From Octopus sinensis (lineage: Eukaryota), in NCBI RefSeq assembly GCF_006345805.1, contig NC_043012.1:23126001-23190000 (forward strand): DNA of 64,000 bases, written 5' to 3'. Below the pieces are notes generated by a model. It made no database searches. It had not been told where the DNA came from and saw only the letters and a list, made by a program, of their open reading frames with translations. The position numbers were made by a program, and so were the translations under genes. Every line of letters starts with the position of its first letter. Position 1 is the stretch's first letter. This document shows positions 14,637 through 27,959 of the stretch, piece after piece.

Positions 14637-15987
14637 ACATGATATAACTGCAACATTCAAATAATTGTGTATATACTCACACACACACAAACACACATTC
14701 AAATTATGTAATAGAAACAGCTCTAAAGTAAAAGAAATTATTATATCACATACTTAATGTTTGTGTGTAGTTGAAAGGCCAGAAGTTGTGGTTTTCATCC
14801 AGGAAAAATCCCTTTGTGTTAAAAGACATACTTTAGAGCTACGTCAACTGAAATTGTCCCAGAAGTAAGCATGGGAGCAAGGCGTATCTATGTTGCTGTT
14901 TCTGTACTTTCTCATTGTCATAGACTCATATCACTTTTGAAATGAAACCAAACTAGTCTGAAGCTGGTAGAGATAGTGAATAAAATACACAATTTTTCAA
15001 AGGTGCTGCATATGCAGAATAAACTTCAAATTATGCAATAGAAACAGCTGTTTCTAATGCATAATTTGAAATATCTGTTGGCACGAGATGTTGGCACAAT
15101 CAGCTAAAACCTTTTCTGCTGGTGCGGCAGTATGGTTGCAATCCAATGACTGAAACAAGTAAGAGAGTAAAAGAGTGTGTATTTCTTGATTTCTTGTATA
15201 AAAAAAATGAAAATAGAAATGAAAAATGAATTATGAGTGTTATAATGATGGAAACTAATTTATACTTCTCGCAAACTTTCCATTTTTTTCAAAAGAAAAA
15301 CCCCCAAAGATCAAAAACACATACATCATAACAAGAAAGTAACATACATAGCCAGTGATTTGGAAAATATCCAATACAAACTCAGTTCTTAATTTCTAAT
15401 CTGTATCCAATAAAATATATATGATTATTTCGCAGTATTTCATTAATTGGAAACAAAGTAAACTGTAAGAATAGATAAGTTTAATTTTATTTCTGTAACA
15501 TATCGCAGTCGAGATTTTTTTATTTTTCTATTCTTCGTTTTTTTGATATTTTATAGTAAAAAAAAAAAAAAAAAGAAAGTGGTGGGGAATCATTTTGAAG
15601 GGAATGTATTTAAAATTCTGTGTTGCTCATACAGAGAGTGTTAAAACATTCTCAAGTTCATGAAAGTAATAGCTTCTTGTTTCTGAACTAATGCAGCCAT
15701 TTTATGACATCCATCATGCCTTCCTTTCTTTGCTCAGTGAATTCATGTTTTGAAAGCTATTTCCTAACAATCTTCATAGTTTCTATCTACACACACAACA
15801 CAACACACAAACACACACAATCACATATAATATATATATATACATATATATATATATACACATATAATATATATATTAACAATATATATATATATATAAT
15901 ATATATATATATATAAATAATATATATATATATATATAATATATATATTAATTCATTTATATATATATAATATATATAATTATATAT

Positions 15988-16410
15988 AGGTGCAGGAGTG
16001 GCTGTGCGGTAAGTAGCTTGCTAACCAACCACATGGTTCCGGGTTCAGTCCCACTGCGTGGCATCTTGGTCAAGTGTCTTCTGCTATAGCCTCGGGCCGA
16101 CCAAAGCCTTGTGAGTGGATTTGGTAGACGGAAACCGAAAGAAGCCTGTCGTATATATATGTATATGTGTATATGTGTGTGTGTACATGTTTGTGTGTCT
16201 GTGTTTGTCCCCCTAGCAATGCTTGAAAACCGATGCTGGTGTGTTTACATCCCCGTCACTTAGCGGTTCGGCAAAAGAGACCAATAGAATAAGTACTAGG
16301 CTTACAAAGAATAAGTCCTGGGGTCGATTTGCTCGACTAAAGGCAGTGCTCCAGCATGGCCGCAGTCAAATGACTGAAACAAGTAAAAGAGTAAAAGAGA
16401 GTAAAGAGTA
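15988..16410 (+). mobile_element. full-length family A SINE
   Basis: Collinear with 7278-7680, CpG-rich, ends in (AAAGAGT)n. Confidence 0.8.
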
Positions 16411-16613
16411 ATATATTAATAAATAGTATATATATGTGTGTGTGTGTGTGTATGGGTACAGGACGTCACCAACTGTAAACAACATGAAGTATGAAAACAA
16501 GTTATATACGCAAAAAAACAAGAGAAAAAATTGAAAACAGGACAAGTAACACGAAGAATGACCCTTTATCAGTTGTCAATCTACTCCTCATTTCGTGCAT
16601 TTATATATATATC

Positions 16614-16783
16614 TAAAATAATATGTGACAATTATTCAGTAGCCAAGATAAAACTCTGAGTTTTGGATGCCGAGGTGGAAATCCACACAGATAGCCAAAG
16701 AGATGGTGGTGTGGATTTCCACCTCGGCATCCAAAACTCAGAGTTTTATCTTGGCTACTGAATAATTGTCACATATTATTTTA
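16614..16783. repeat. perfect fold-back inverted repeat (75-bp arms, 20-nt loop)
   Basis: 16614-16688 is the exact reverse complement of 16709-16783. Confidence 0.9.
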
Positions 16784-16971
16784 CAGATAAATTTCCTCTA
16801 TTTACATAATATCAAGGTCTCTTTCTTTCTTTTGTTATCTTACCGTTTTTACCAATATATACATATATATATATAACGGGAAGCTTTATGAAAATAAACA
16901 AAAGACGAAGGCAGGTGGAGTACAAACAAACAATTGTATTAGTATGGCGCTCAGGAATATAAATAAAACAA

Positions 16972-17010
16972 GTCTTTTACGTTTCGAGACTACACTCTTC
17001 AACAGAAAGA
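16972..17010 (-). ncRNA. minimal hammerhead-like motif with variant core CUGUUGA
   Basis: Minus strand: TCTTT-CTGTTGA-A-GAGT-GTAG-TCTC-GAAAC-GTA-AAAGA. Stem I TCTTT/AAAGA, stem II GAG/CTC, palindromic ACGT stem III. Confidence 0.5.
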
Positions 17011-17031
17011 TACACAGAAAAGAAACACGGA

Positions 17032-17081
<50 letters not shown>

Positions 17082-17960
17082 TAATATATATACATATATA
17101 ATATATATATGCATATATACATACATATATGTACATACCGACATATATATGTATATATACATGCATATATGGATACAGGACATCAAAAAAATGTGAACAA
17201 AATGAGAAACAAGAACATAAAAAACAAAATCATAGAAAACAAACAATTTTTTTTAACAATGAAATAAATAAATAGAGAAACGAGACAGGCAACATAAAGA
17301 ATATTCCCTTCATCAGTTGTCCCTTGTTTTATCTACTCCACATTATATACACACACACATACACATACATGACAGAAAAGGCATCTAGGTGCAGAAACTC
17401 TGCCTCAACAAATTACATTTGTTATATGCAAGCATGGAAAATTGGATATTAAAATGATGATGATAATGATGAGAGAACTAGAACAGACAACCCCAAATCA
17501 AAAACCATTACCTGCCCTTCATCAAAATACGTACACAAATCAGGAAACTGTTGCACTGTATTAAGCAGGATGAAATAAATATATCTTTTGATATATAAAT
17601 ATATCTTTTGATATATATATATATATATATATATATGAATGCATAAAATGCTATATCAGGAAGAATTTCTCCTAAGCGGAAAATCCTACAGGATGAAAAT
17701 TATGAAGAAAAATAATAATAAAAATGATTTGGGAAAAAATAACAGAAGAATAACAGAAAATATTATAGAAATGCACAAACAACAGTTCATATAATCTGGT
17801 TATGTTGTTGCTGAGACACAAACTGCAATGAATTGAGTTCAATTTTTCACTTGAGCTTAAAAACACAAAACACAATCAAACTGTTTAAGGACAAGATAAA
17901 AGGAATGATGTGCTTGTTTATATGTATTGAATATGTATTCAGCTTGTTTATATGTATTGT

Positions 17961-18830
<870 letters not shown>

Positions 18831-19408
18831 AGGAATATAGAAATGATGTCAAAATATATATTCTTTAACCATTCTATCCATCTCCCTTTCTTTCTAGTTT
18901 TCCCGTGGTTTATTTTAATTTAATTTTTTTGTCATTATTTGAAGTTGTGTTTACTTTTTTTCTTTAAAGAAAGTCTATGAAAAGGTGAAGAAATAATTGA
19001 AAGAAATTAAATTGATCAGTCTGACGATCTGTATTCAACAGTTCTAAGCATCGTGTCTGACACCGATGCCAGTGTTAATTGCATTGGGAAGAAATTTGGA
19101 AAAAAGTTTTGTTTGTATTCTTCTCTCTTGCAAAGGTGTTTTACTACGAATGTTTCTTCGCAGAGATGTGAGAGAACAACAGCAACAATAGCATCAAGAA
19201 CCACAAAATACCAAAAACAAAAAAATAATAATAATGATAAATATATAAAATAAAAGAAGCTGACAAGAATGTACGCAAACATTCATAAAATAGCTTCTGT
19301 CTTAAACGTTTATATTTACCACTAGTATAAGCTTATCTGATAAAATAATGGTTCCACAGAAACTCCCTGAAGATATTTTTCCAGATGTTTCAGTGTTCTT
19401 TGATTCTG

Positions 19409-19454
<46 letters not shown>

Positions 19455-19613
19455 CATTTTCTCTCACCTTATTTACAACCTGTTGTATATCTTTTTCTCA
19501 ACAACATAATCTAACTCTTCTGCCATCGTTAACAAAATGGTGCGCTCTAGATCAACTGGCTGATTCTTGTTTCGTTAAGTGGCTTCTTTTTTTTACCTCC
19601 CTCCTTCCCCCCA

Positions 19614-19652
<39 letters not shown>

Positions 19653-20754
19653 ATTGTTACCTTATTAAACAGGTTGTATGGGAAACAACTGATATCTGTT
19701 TCAAACAGTATTTAACGAAAACTCTCTTATGTATTGTTTTAATATTTTATGGTTCTTTACAAAAAATATTGTGCAAAATTAAGGAAAAATTTTGGAAAAC
19801 GAAAAAAAATAACAGCAAAACACAGTGGATCATTTCATTTCCTTAGAGTTTGTTGAAAAGAAATCAAAGACTACTACAACTACATAAGTAAAACCATTTA
19901 CAAAAAAAAAAAAAATCAAAACACACATCTGACAGGCACACACGCACATATACACACACACACACACACTTATGCAGATACAGACATACAAACACATGCA
20001 AGTGATAAAATCCTTCACAGAAAATAAACTTTTTGAAACGTAAAATTGTATCTTCAAGAAATTACACACACACACAAACACACACAAAATAAAAAACAAC
20101 AAAAAATTGGTGAAGGCACAGACATGGCTGTGTGGTTAAGAATCTAACTTTTCACTCATGTAGTTTTGGGTTCAGTCCCACTGCACGGCATCTCAAGCAA
20201 GTGTCTTCTATAGCCTGTGGTTGACTACTGCTTTGAGAGTGAATTTGGTAGATGGAAACTATGTGGAAGCCTATCATATGTGTGCGCACATGTGAGTGTG
20301 TATGTGTGTGTGTGTGTGTGTCTTTGTTCTTGTGTCTCCGTCCACATGACTACTTGACAACTGATGTTGGTTTGTTAATGCCCCAGTGACTTAGCAGTTC
20401 AGCAAAAGAAACCAATACAATAAGTACCAGACTTTAAAATATAAAAACCTAAGTGAATTTATTTGACTAAAACCCTTCAGTGCAGAGCCCCAGCATGGCT
20501 GCAGTCCAATGACTGAATCAAGTAAAAGGATCAGAGATAAATATGGCAGGTACTTCTCAAGCATAAACTCTACCAATGTTAACATGGATAAAATGGATGT
20601 GGGACATGAAAAACTGTTACAAGTGGAATCCACAAGAGACAAGCATATAGACCAGTGCTTCCCAACCTTTCCACACTTGTGGGTCCCAACCCTTTTATTT
20701 AAATGAGTTTTCCCATGGACCCCTTTTCATATGCTTATCATTAGATGTGTGTAT

Positions 20755-20790
<36 letters not shown>

Positions 20791-21149
20791 TCTTTTATTC
20801 TATTACTTGTTTCAGTCATTTGACTGGAGCCAACCACGAGATCTGGGTTCAGTCCCACTGCACAGCACTTTTGAAAAGTGTTTTCAACTGGAGCCAAAGA
20901 AAATCTTGTGAGTAGATTTGGTAGACAGGCCATATATGAGTGTGTGTGTGTGTGTGTGTGTATGTGTGTGTACCCTGACATCAAATGATGGTTATAAATG
21001 GGCATCACCATAATACATGTTTGTTTCCAGTCTTTCATGAAAAAACATGTCTATGCTAAAAACATGTTATACTAAATAATACATTGATGTGTATGCTGGA
21101 AAATTGAGTAACATGGATTTCAAAAACTGCATGCAAGCAACTTGTTTAA

Positions 21150-21370
21150 CCCTTTCATTACCAACCCGGCTGAAACCAGTTCTGGCTCTGAATACAAATG
21201 CCTTGTTTTCATAAGTTTTGAATTAAAACCTTCCACCAAACCTTAGTCACAATTTATGTTCCTAACACTAGCTTAATGATAACCAAGTTATTTTACTAAA
21301 TTCTTTGTTATATTTAAAATCAACTGAAAGAAACACAGAGCATCTTAAAATAAATACAGTAATTAAAGGG
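21150..21370. mobile_element. piggyBac-type MITE with TTAA target duplication
   Basis: TTAA-CCCTTT...AAAGGG-TTAA (TTAA at 21146-21149 and 21371-21374). Related TTAA-CCCT elements near 23995, 33966, 40480 and 44205. Confidence 0.7.
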
Positions 21371-21553
21371 TTAAGAGAACAAAAACTTTGAATTAAATGA
21401 ATTACAAAGAAAATACTAATACAGATCAGAAGGGACCCTTTGGTTGTGTCAGCACAACCATAGCCACAACCAATGGCAAAATAAAATACCTCAAATCCAT
21501 GTCGTAAAATAGTTGTTTATATGAAAGGCATCCAGCTATAAACATCATCCTTG

Positions 21554-22042
21554 GAACACTGTGAGATCCATCTCACCTAAGCCAGCAAAGGAAAACGTCC
21601 ATAAAATGGTGAGGATGAGGATGAACACTGTGAGATCCATCTCACCTAAGCCAGCAAAGGAAAACGTCCATAAAATGGTGAGGATGAGGATGAACACTGT
21701 GAGATCCATCTCACCGAAGCCAGCAAAGGAAAACGTCCATAAAATGGTGAGGATGAGGATGAACACTGTGAGATCCATCTCACCTAAGCCAGCAAAGGAA
21801 AACGTCCATAAAATGGTGAGGATGAGGATGAACACTGTGAGATCCATCTCACCTAAGCCAGCAAAGGAAAACGTCCATAAAATGGTGAGGATGAGGATGA
21901 ACACTGTGAGATCCATCTCACCGAAGCCAGCAAAGGAAAACGTCCATAAAATGGTGAGGATGAACACTGTGAGATCCATCTCACCGAAGCCAGCAAAGGA
22001 AAACGTCCATAAAATGATGAGGATGAGGATGATGATGATGAA
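21554..22042 (+). repeat. 69-bp tandem array (7 units) derived from a SINE 3' tail
   Basis: Units start at 21554, 21623, 21692, 21761, 21830, 21899 and 21962; unit 6 is 63 bp. The unit resembles the family C tail and the array ends in (GAT)n. Confidence 0.9.
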
Positions 22043-22427
22043 GATTAATCACCTAACTATTTGTCAGTTTCCAGTTAGTTCAACACTTGATCTCTAAGTC
22101 ACTGTTGACTCAGTTGTCTTATCTACTCCACTGTCAAGTAAGTGAGACAGAAGAACACCAAGGCCCAAGAAACAGCATAAACACCAAAATTGGAATACAA
22201 ATTCATGATTTTTATTTATTTATTTTTTTTTAACTAAGACACCTAACTACCAAACCTACTCAATCATTGGTAACGCTTTATATAAATATGCGAAAAATGC
22301 ATTTATATCAGTGTAGACATGCATAACTTTTTTTTCTCTATGTGTATAGATTTACAGCTGTACATGAATTAATGAAACATTACTGGCAGTGTTCCAGATA
22401 TTACAAGTAGCAGCAACAACAACAACA

Positions 22428-22462
<35 letters not shown>

Positions 22463-24185
22463 TAATAGTAATAATAATAAATTCTTGAACTCTTATGAGA
22501 TCACTGCAGTTAAGTAATATCAAGTTGTTATGTAGATGACAGACTGTAAATGAAAAATTACACCAAACTTCCAGACAGAAGCCTGAAGAAATTAATCCAT
22601 TCCTTGTAATTGCACATTATTGATTTTTTTTTTTTTTTTTTTGACATTGCCACAAGAGAAAAGGAATGCAAAGTTGTGAAGTTCATGCCTCTCTTTGCAA
22701 TGTAAGTGAAAGAGAAAAATGATGACATGTTTGTTGTATCTCAGGAGGGTCATTATGCCAATAATAAACACATGCACTGGTTCTATTTCACTTCTTCATC
22801 TTTTTATTTGTCAATCAGTTGACCATATAACCAGTTAACTAATCGATTGTTTGATTAATTTTTCAGTCAATCAACCAATCAACTAAGGCTATCAACGTCC
22901 TTTTGTCACCATTTGCAACCTGGTCATTGACAAGCCCTGTCTGTTTTAAGTCTGTCTCCTTCAACAATTGAGTTCATTTTAAGAATCTTATAAACCAAAC
23001 ACAAAAGTGAAATATTAAACAATTTTGTTGTTTGGAAAGTGTTAAATGGAGGTAACTTGTTCCATATTTATAAATAACTGTTCTAGTGACAGTAGAACTT
23101 CAAATAAAATATTAAGACACTTTATTTCGTAGGAAGACATAGGAAAGCCAAAGGGACTGTCATCAGCAGCATATGAAGGTAACATGTATTCAACATAGGG
23201 GACATAGGGGACAACCAAATGAAATCAGATTTTATTTTTTGTTTCCTGAATTTTTGGAAAAAAAAAACAAGAAGAAAATCAAAAGATGTAAGCATAACTA
23301 AGTGGTAAAGGAACCCACTTTGTGACTGCATGATTTGGAGTTCAATCCCTCTGTGTGACACCTTGGGTAAGTGTTTTCTACTGTTACCATGGTCCAAGCA
23401 ATGTGTCTGGTGAGTGAATTTGGTAGAAGGAAAGTGAGTGAAACCTGTTGTATATATGTGTGTGTGCATGTGTGTGTGTGAACGTGTGTGTGTGTGTTTT
23501 TCATCTCTCCCCACATCACTTGACAACCAATGTTGGTTCATTTACATCCCTGTAACGTAGCAGTTTTGTTAAAGAGACTGATGTAATTTAAGTACCAGAT
23601 TTACAAAAATATAAGTAGTGGGGGTTGGTTTATTTGGTTAAACCCTTCAAGAGACTGCCCCAACATGACTGCAGCCCAATAACAAAAAGCAAGCAAAAGA
23701 AAGAAAAGAAGAGGGAGAGAGAGACAGAGAGGAAGGGGGTGGGTAAAAATAAGAAATGAATGAACGACAATGTGAGACAAAGTAAATGTCAGTTTATATT
23801 AAAAGACAAAGGAAATGTTAATTGTATTGAAATGTATTTATTGCACATGAGTTGAGATAAAGCAAATCAAACAATTCAATTACGGTCCCAGTTTCACATG
23901 ACTTCTCTTACTTTCGTTTCTTCCTTCTTGAATGATAAGAGTAAAAACTGTGCAAGAATAATGGGTGGAAATAGTTAAAATTCAGGCTTTATGTAACCCT
24001 TTCAATAGCAACCCACCTAAGAATGCTTCTGGTTCTATGATGCAAGCATCTTGCTTTAGAATTATCTAGATTAAAACCTCCCATTAAGATTTCATGTTAG
24101 TTTATGTTCCAAACGCCAACTCAATAATGGCAAAGATATTTTATTAAATTCTTCATTGGTCTCCAAATTCATTGACATATATAAA

Positions 24186-24742
24186 TTTCTTTACTATTCA
24201 CAAGGGGCTAAACACAGAGGGGACAAACAAGGACAGACAAACGGATTAAGTCGATTATATTGACCTCAGTGCGTAACTGGTACTTATTTAATCGACCCCG
24301 AAAGGATGAAAGGCAAATTCGACCTCGGCGAAATTTAAACTCAGAACGTAGCGACAGACGAAATATCTATTTCTTTACTACCCATAAGGAGCTAAACACA
24401 GAGAGGACAAAAAAGGACAGACAAATGGATTAAGTCGATTATATCGACCCCAGTGCGTAACTGGTATTTATTTAATTGACCCAGAAAAGATGAAAGGCAA
24501 AGTCGACTTTGGCAGAATTTGAACTCAGAACGTAGCGGCAGACGAAATACCTATTTCTTTACTACCCACAAGGGGCTAAACATAGAGAGGACAAACGAGG
24601 ACAAACAAACGGATTAAGTCGATTATATCGACCCCAGTGCGTAACTGGTACTTATTTAATCGACCCCAAAAGGATGAAAGGCAAAGTCGACCTCGGCAGA
24701 ATTTGAACTCAGAACGTAGTGGTAGACAAAATATTGCTAAGA
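24186..24742 (-). repeat. head-to-tail triplication (184-bp period) of a family B SINE segment
   Basis: TTTCTTTACT-initiated units at 24186, 24370 and 24554, each matching the element at 11750-11980. Confidence 0.85.
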
Positions 24743-26278
24743 GAAAGAGACATGACAATTTATTAATTGAACAAGATTAACACAAATGGTGCTCCAGCAT
24801 GGCTGCAGTCTAGGGACTGAAACAAGTAAAAGGTAAAAGATAGAAAGTAGACATTCTTTTTCTCCTCATGTACAAAGAGAGGAAGATGCTCACAAACATG
24901 AACAGAGAGAGAGAGAGGGGGAGAAAGAGAGAGAAGAGAAAGAAAGAATGAGTGTAAAAGGACATTACAATTTATTAACTAAACACAAGTGGTGTAAACA
25001 TTTTCCTTCTCCTCAGATGCATAAAAAGAACTGTTTGCACACATAAACTAAGAGTGAGAGAGAGAGAAGAGGGAGGAGAGAGAGAGGGGAGAGAGAGGGA
25101 GGGAGAGAGAGAGAGTCAGGGAAAAAGAGAGAATGAGAAAAACATTAAATTGTTTGATGTCAAATAGACTGAACCAAAACATAAAAAAGGACCTATATAT
25201 ATACATATATATACACACATACACACACACACATCATAATCATATCAGCAGTGTTTAATGTCCGCCTTCTATGCTAGAATGGGTGGGATGGTTTCACAAG
25301 AGGCGACCAAGCAGAAGCCTGCACCAGACTTCTGTGACTGTTTTGGTAGGAGTGTTACAGCTGGATGCTCTTCCTAACACTAACCATTCAGCAGAGAGGA
25401 CTTAGTGCATTTTAGGTGGCACAAGCACAAGTGAGGTCAGTTTTGGCATGGTTTTTACAGCGAGGACTGGGTGCATTTAAGTGGCACCTACACTGACAGG
25501 GTCACCAAGTGCTTGCAAGACAAAAAAAACAACTTTCAAGAGGAGAAGGGGCATTGGAGGAGGTGATCTTCTGTCGGATGAAGAAAGGTTATAGTGAGAC
25601 AGAGAGACAGGTGTCTTGCTGTAGAGGAGGTACAAGGTTACCTGGCTGGAGAGAGATAGAGAGAGGGGGAGGAAGGGAGAGAGAGATAGATCAGGACTGA
25701 AGATAGAAACAGGTGTGCTACTGCAAAAGAAATACATGGTCACCCAACCTAAGGGAAGTACAGGAGGAGACTGAGAGAGTGGGAGGCAGCAGGATAGAGA
25801 TGGTGGCAAAATGCCAGGCATACTCACAAAGGACGGGGATCAGAATATAAATGGGATGGTTGAAAAAAGGAAGAGAGAGATATCGATGGTGGCAAATGGC
25901 ATGGCATACCCTTGAAGTTCAAATGCCATAATATGAGTGGCAGGATATTGCAAAGGAAGTGTGATTAAAGAGTGTGGAGAGGGAGTGGGTGGGGAAAACC
26001 TGGGTATATATAGGATCAGGAGGAGGGGCTACTGGATAGCAATGATATATATATATATATATATATATTAAATTAGAGATAAAACCACTATTAGGCAACT
26101 CAAACAGTGATGGACATAAACCAAAACATAAAAAACAAAAAATAAATATAATTAATATAATATACAAAATATATATAAAATATAAAATTTAAAATTTAAA
26201 TTATTGAAATTTGAAATTTTTAAATTTATTTTTATAAATTTTTATATTTTTATATTTTAAATTTTAAATTTTTAAACT

Positions 26279-26322
<44 letters not shown>

Positions 26323-26409
26323 CATGCTAGCATGGAAAACGGACGCTAAACGATGATGATGATGATATATATATATACACACACACACACATATATATAA
26401 AGGGTAAAG

Positions 26410-26505
<96 letters not shown>

Positions 26506-27754
26506 TATATATATATACATATATATATATAGATATATATATATACATACGTATAAAGCCTCATCCTTTGGCCCCGCCCCAATACTTGCTATATAAGGAC
26601 AGATAGCAGAGAATAATATTGCAATATGTATACTTCTGTACTGAATGACACAACTCATTGCAATGATTATCTTTTGTACCGACAGTAATTTATACTAACA
26701 CAAAAGTTGCAGCTTAAGAAAAGAAACAAATGTTAGCCTGGATTTTTTTCTATTATTTTTCCTTGTTTTGGCAAGACAGAGAAACATAGCAAATGTAAGA
26801 AGAAAAGAAAAGGAAAAGAAATATAGATAAAACAAAGTGAGTGAAAACAATCCCAAGGCCTTAACCTTGTAGCATTTTAACTGACCAGATCTGACCCAAA
26901 TATTCAACCTGTTTCATGTTCAAACTGACCGGATCTGGCCTCTCGTGCCTACCATACAATGTCAAAAATCTTGAAGCCATGAGATTAGGTATGATTACTT
27001 CAAGACTATGTCAATAAATATGCATTCCGTTTGACAGAGTAATCTGAACGCTTAAGGATAAAATAAGCATAATCTGAACGATTAAGGATTAAAGTTCATC
27101 CTTTCAGTCATGGTTATATAAATTGCAAACAAAACAATTATAAAGGAAGATTATAACATCATATCTTTCACTCTTCCATTCATTTTTAACATTACTAACA
27201 CAGCATCCATCTTGACTCCTTTCAAGAAATTCGACAAGGATTCAGAACTGCCTTGAGTTCAAGAATTCTTGAGAGTCACTTATGAATGGGAATTACCAGT
27301 TGTGGCACAATACAAGTATTCACAGCAAAAATATAAAAATATTAAAAGAAAAAACTCCAAAAAGGAATGATTCCTAGAAATTTTAACAAGTACTTTTCAA
27401 CTTATGTTTTAGCACTCTGCTCTCTCCCATTCCCATAATTTCCTTATCTGCACTTTGCTTTCCGTTCCATACCTGTCATCATCTGTTTGTTTCATTCTTT
27501 CGAATTCTTCTATTTCCTAATCTCTTCTTTTTCCCCCTCCAATTTTATCTTTCATTCCCTAACTGCCACTACATCTATTTTTATACCTCTCTCTATTTGC
27601 ACGCTCACATTGTCTGTCTATCTCTCTGTCCTATCTCTCTCTCACACACACACATAGATGCAGGGTGCTTGAGCTAAATTTGATGATTTTTTTTCTCATG
27701 TCTCCCTTCTTTAGGAACTGCTTTATATAATAGTAAATAGCCAACAGAGCCGCC

Positions 27755-27941
27755 ATGATAGATCGTTAGCCACTACACACATTTTTTTCTCTCCTTGTTT
27801 TTTCTGTGTCCCTCTCTGTAGAAGAGCGTAGGTTTGAAACGTAAAAAACTTTTTTCTCTTCCTGAGCGTTATACTAATACATCTGTTTGTTTTGTACACC
27901 ACCTGTCTTCGTCTTTTGTTTTTTTTGTAAACTCTCCCCAT
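27755..27941 (+). mobile_element. hammerhead-like-motif-bearing dispersed element
   Basis: CTCT-CTGTAGA-A-GAGC-GTAG-GTTT-GAAAC-GTA at 27812-27843, embedded in the ~180-bp family consensus. Confidence 0.6.
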
Positions 27942-27959
27942 AAAGATTAAAGTTGTAGA

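Noticed and set aside
17300-17340. CTGATGAAGGG on the minus strand as another hammerhead (similar at about 16560)
   Set aside because: There is no downstream GAAA or stem II in these copies, so at most it is a fragment.
19325-19372. SFCGTIILSDKLILV as a serine-protease exon
   Set aside because: Spacing does not fit CGG-x-I...TAAHC, the polypyrimidine tract is weak, and no neighbouring protease exons were found.
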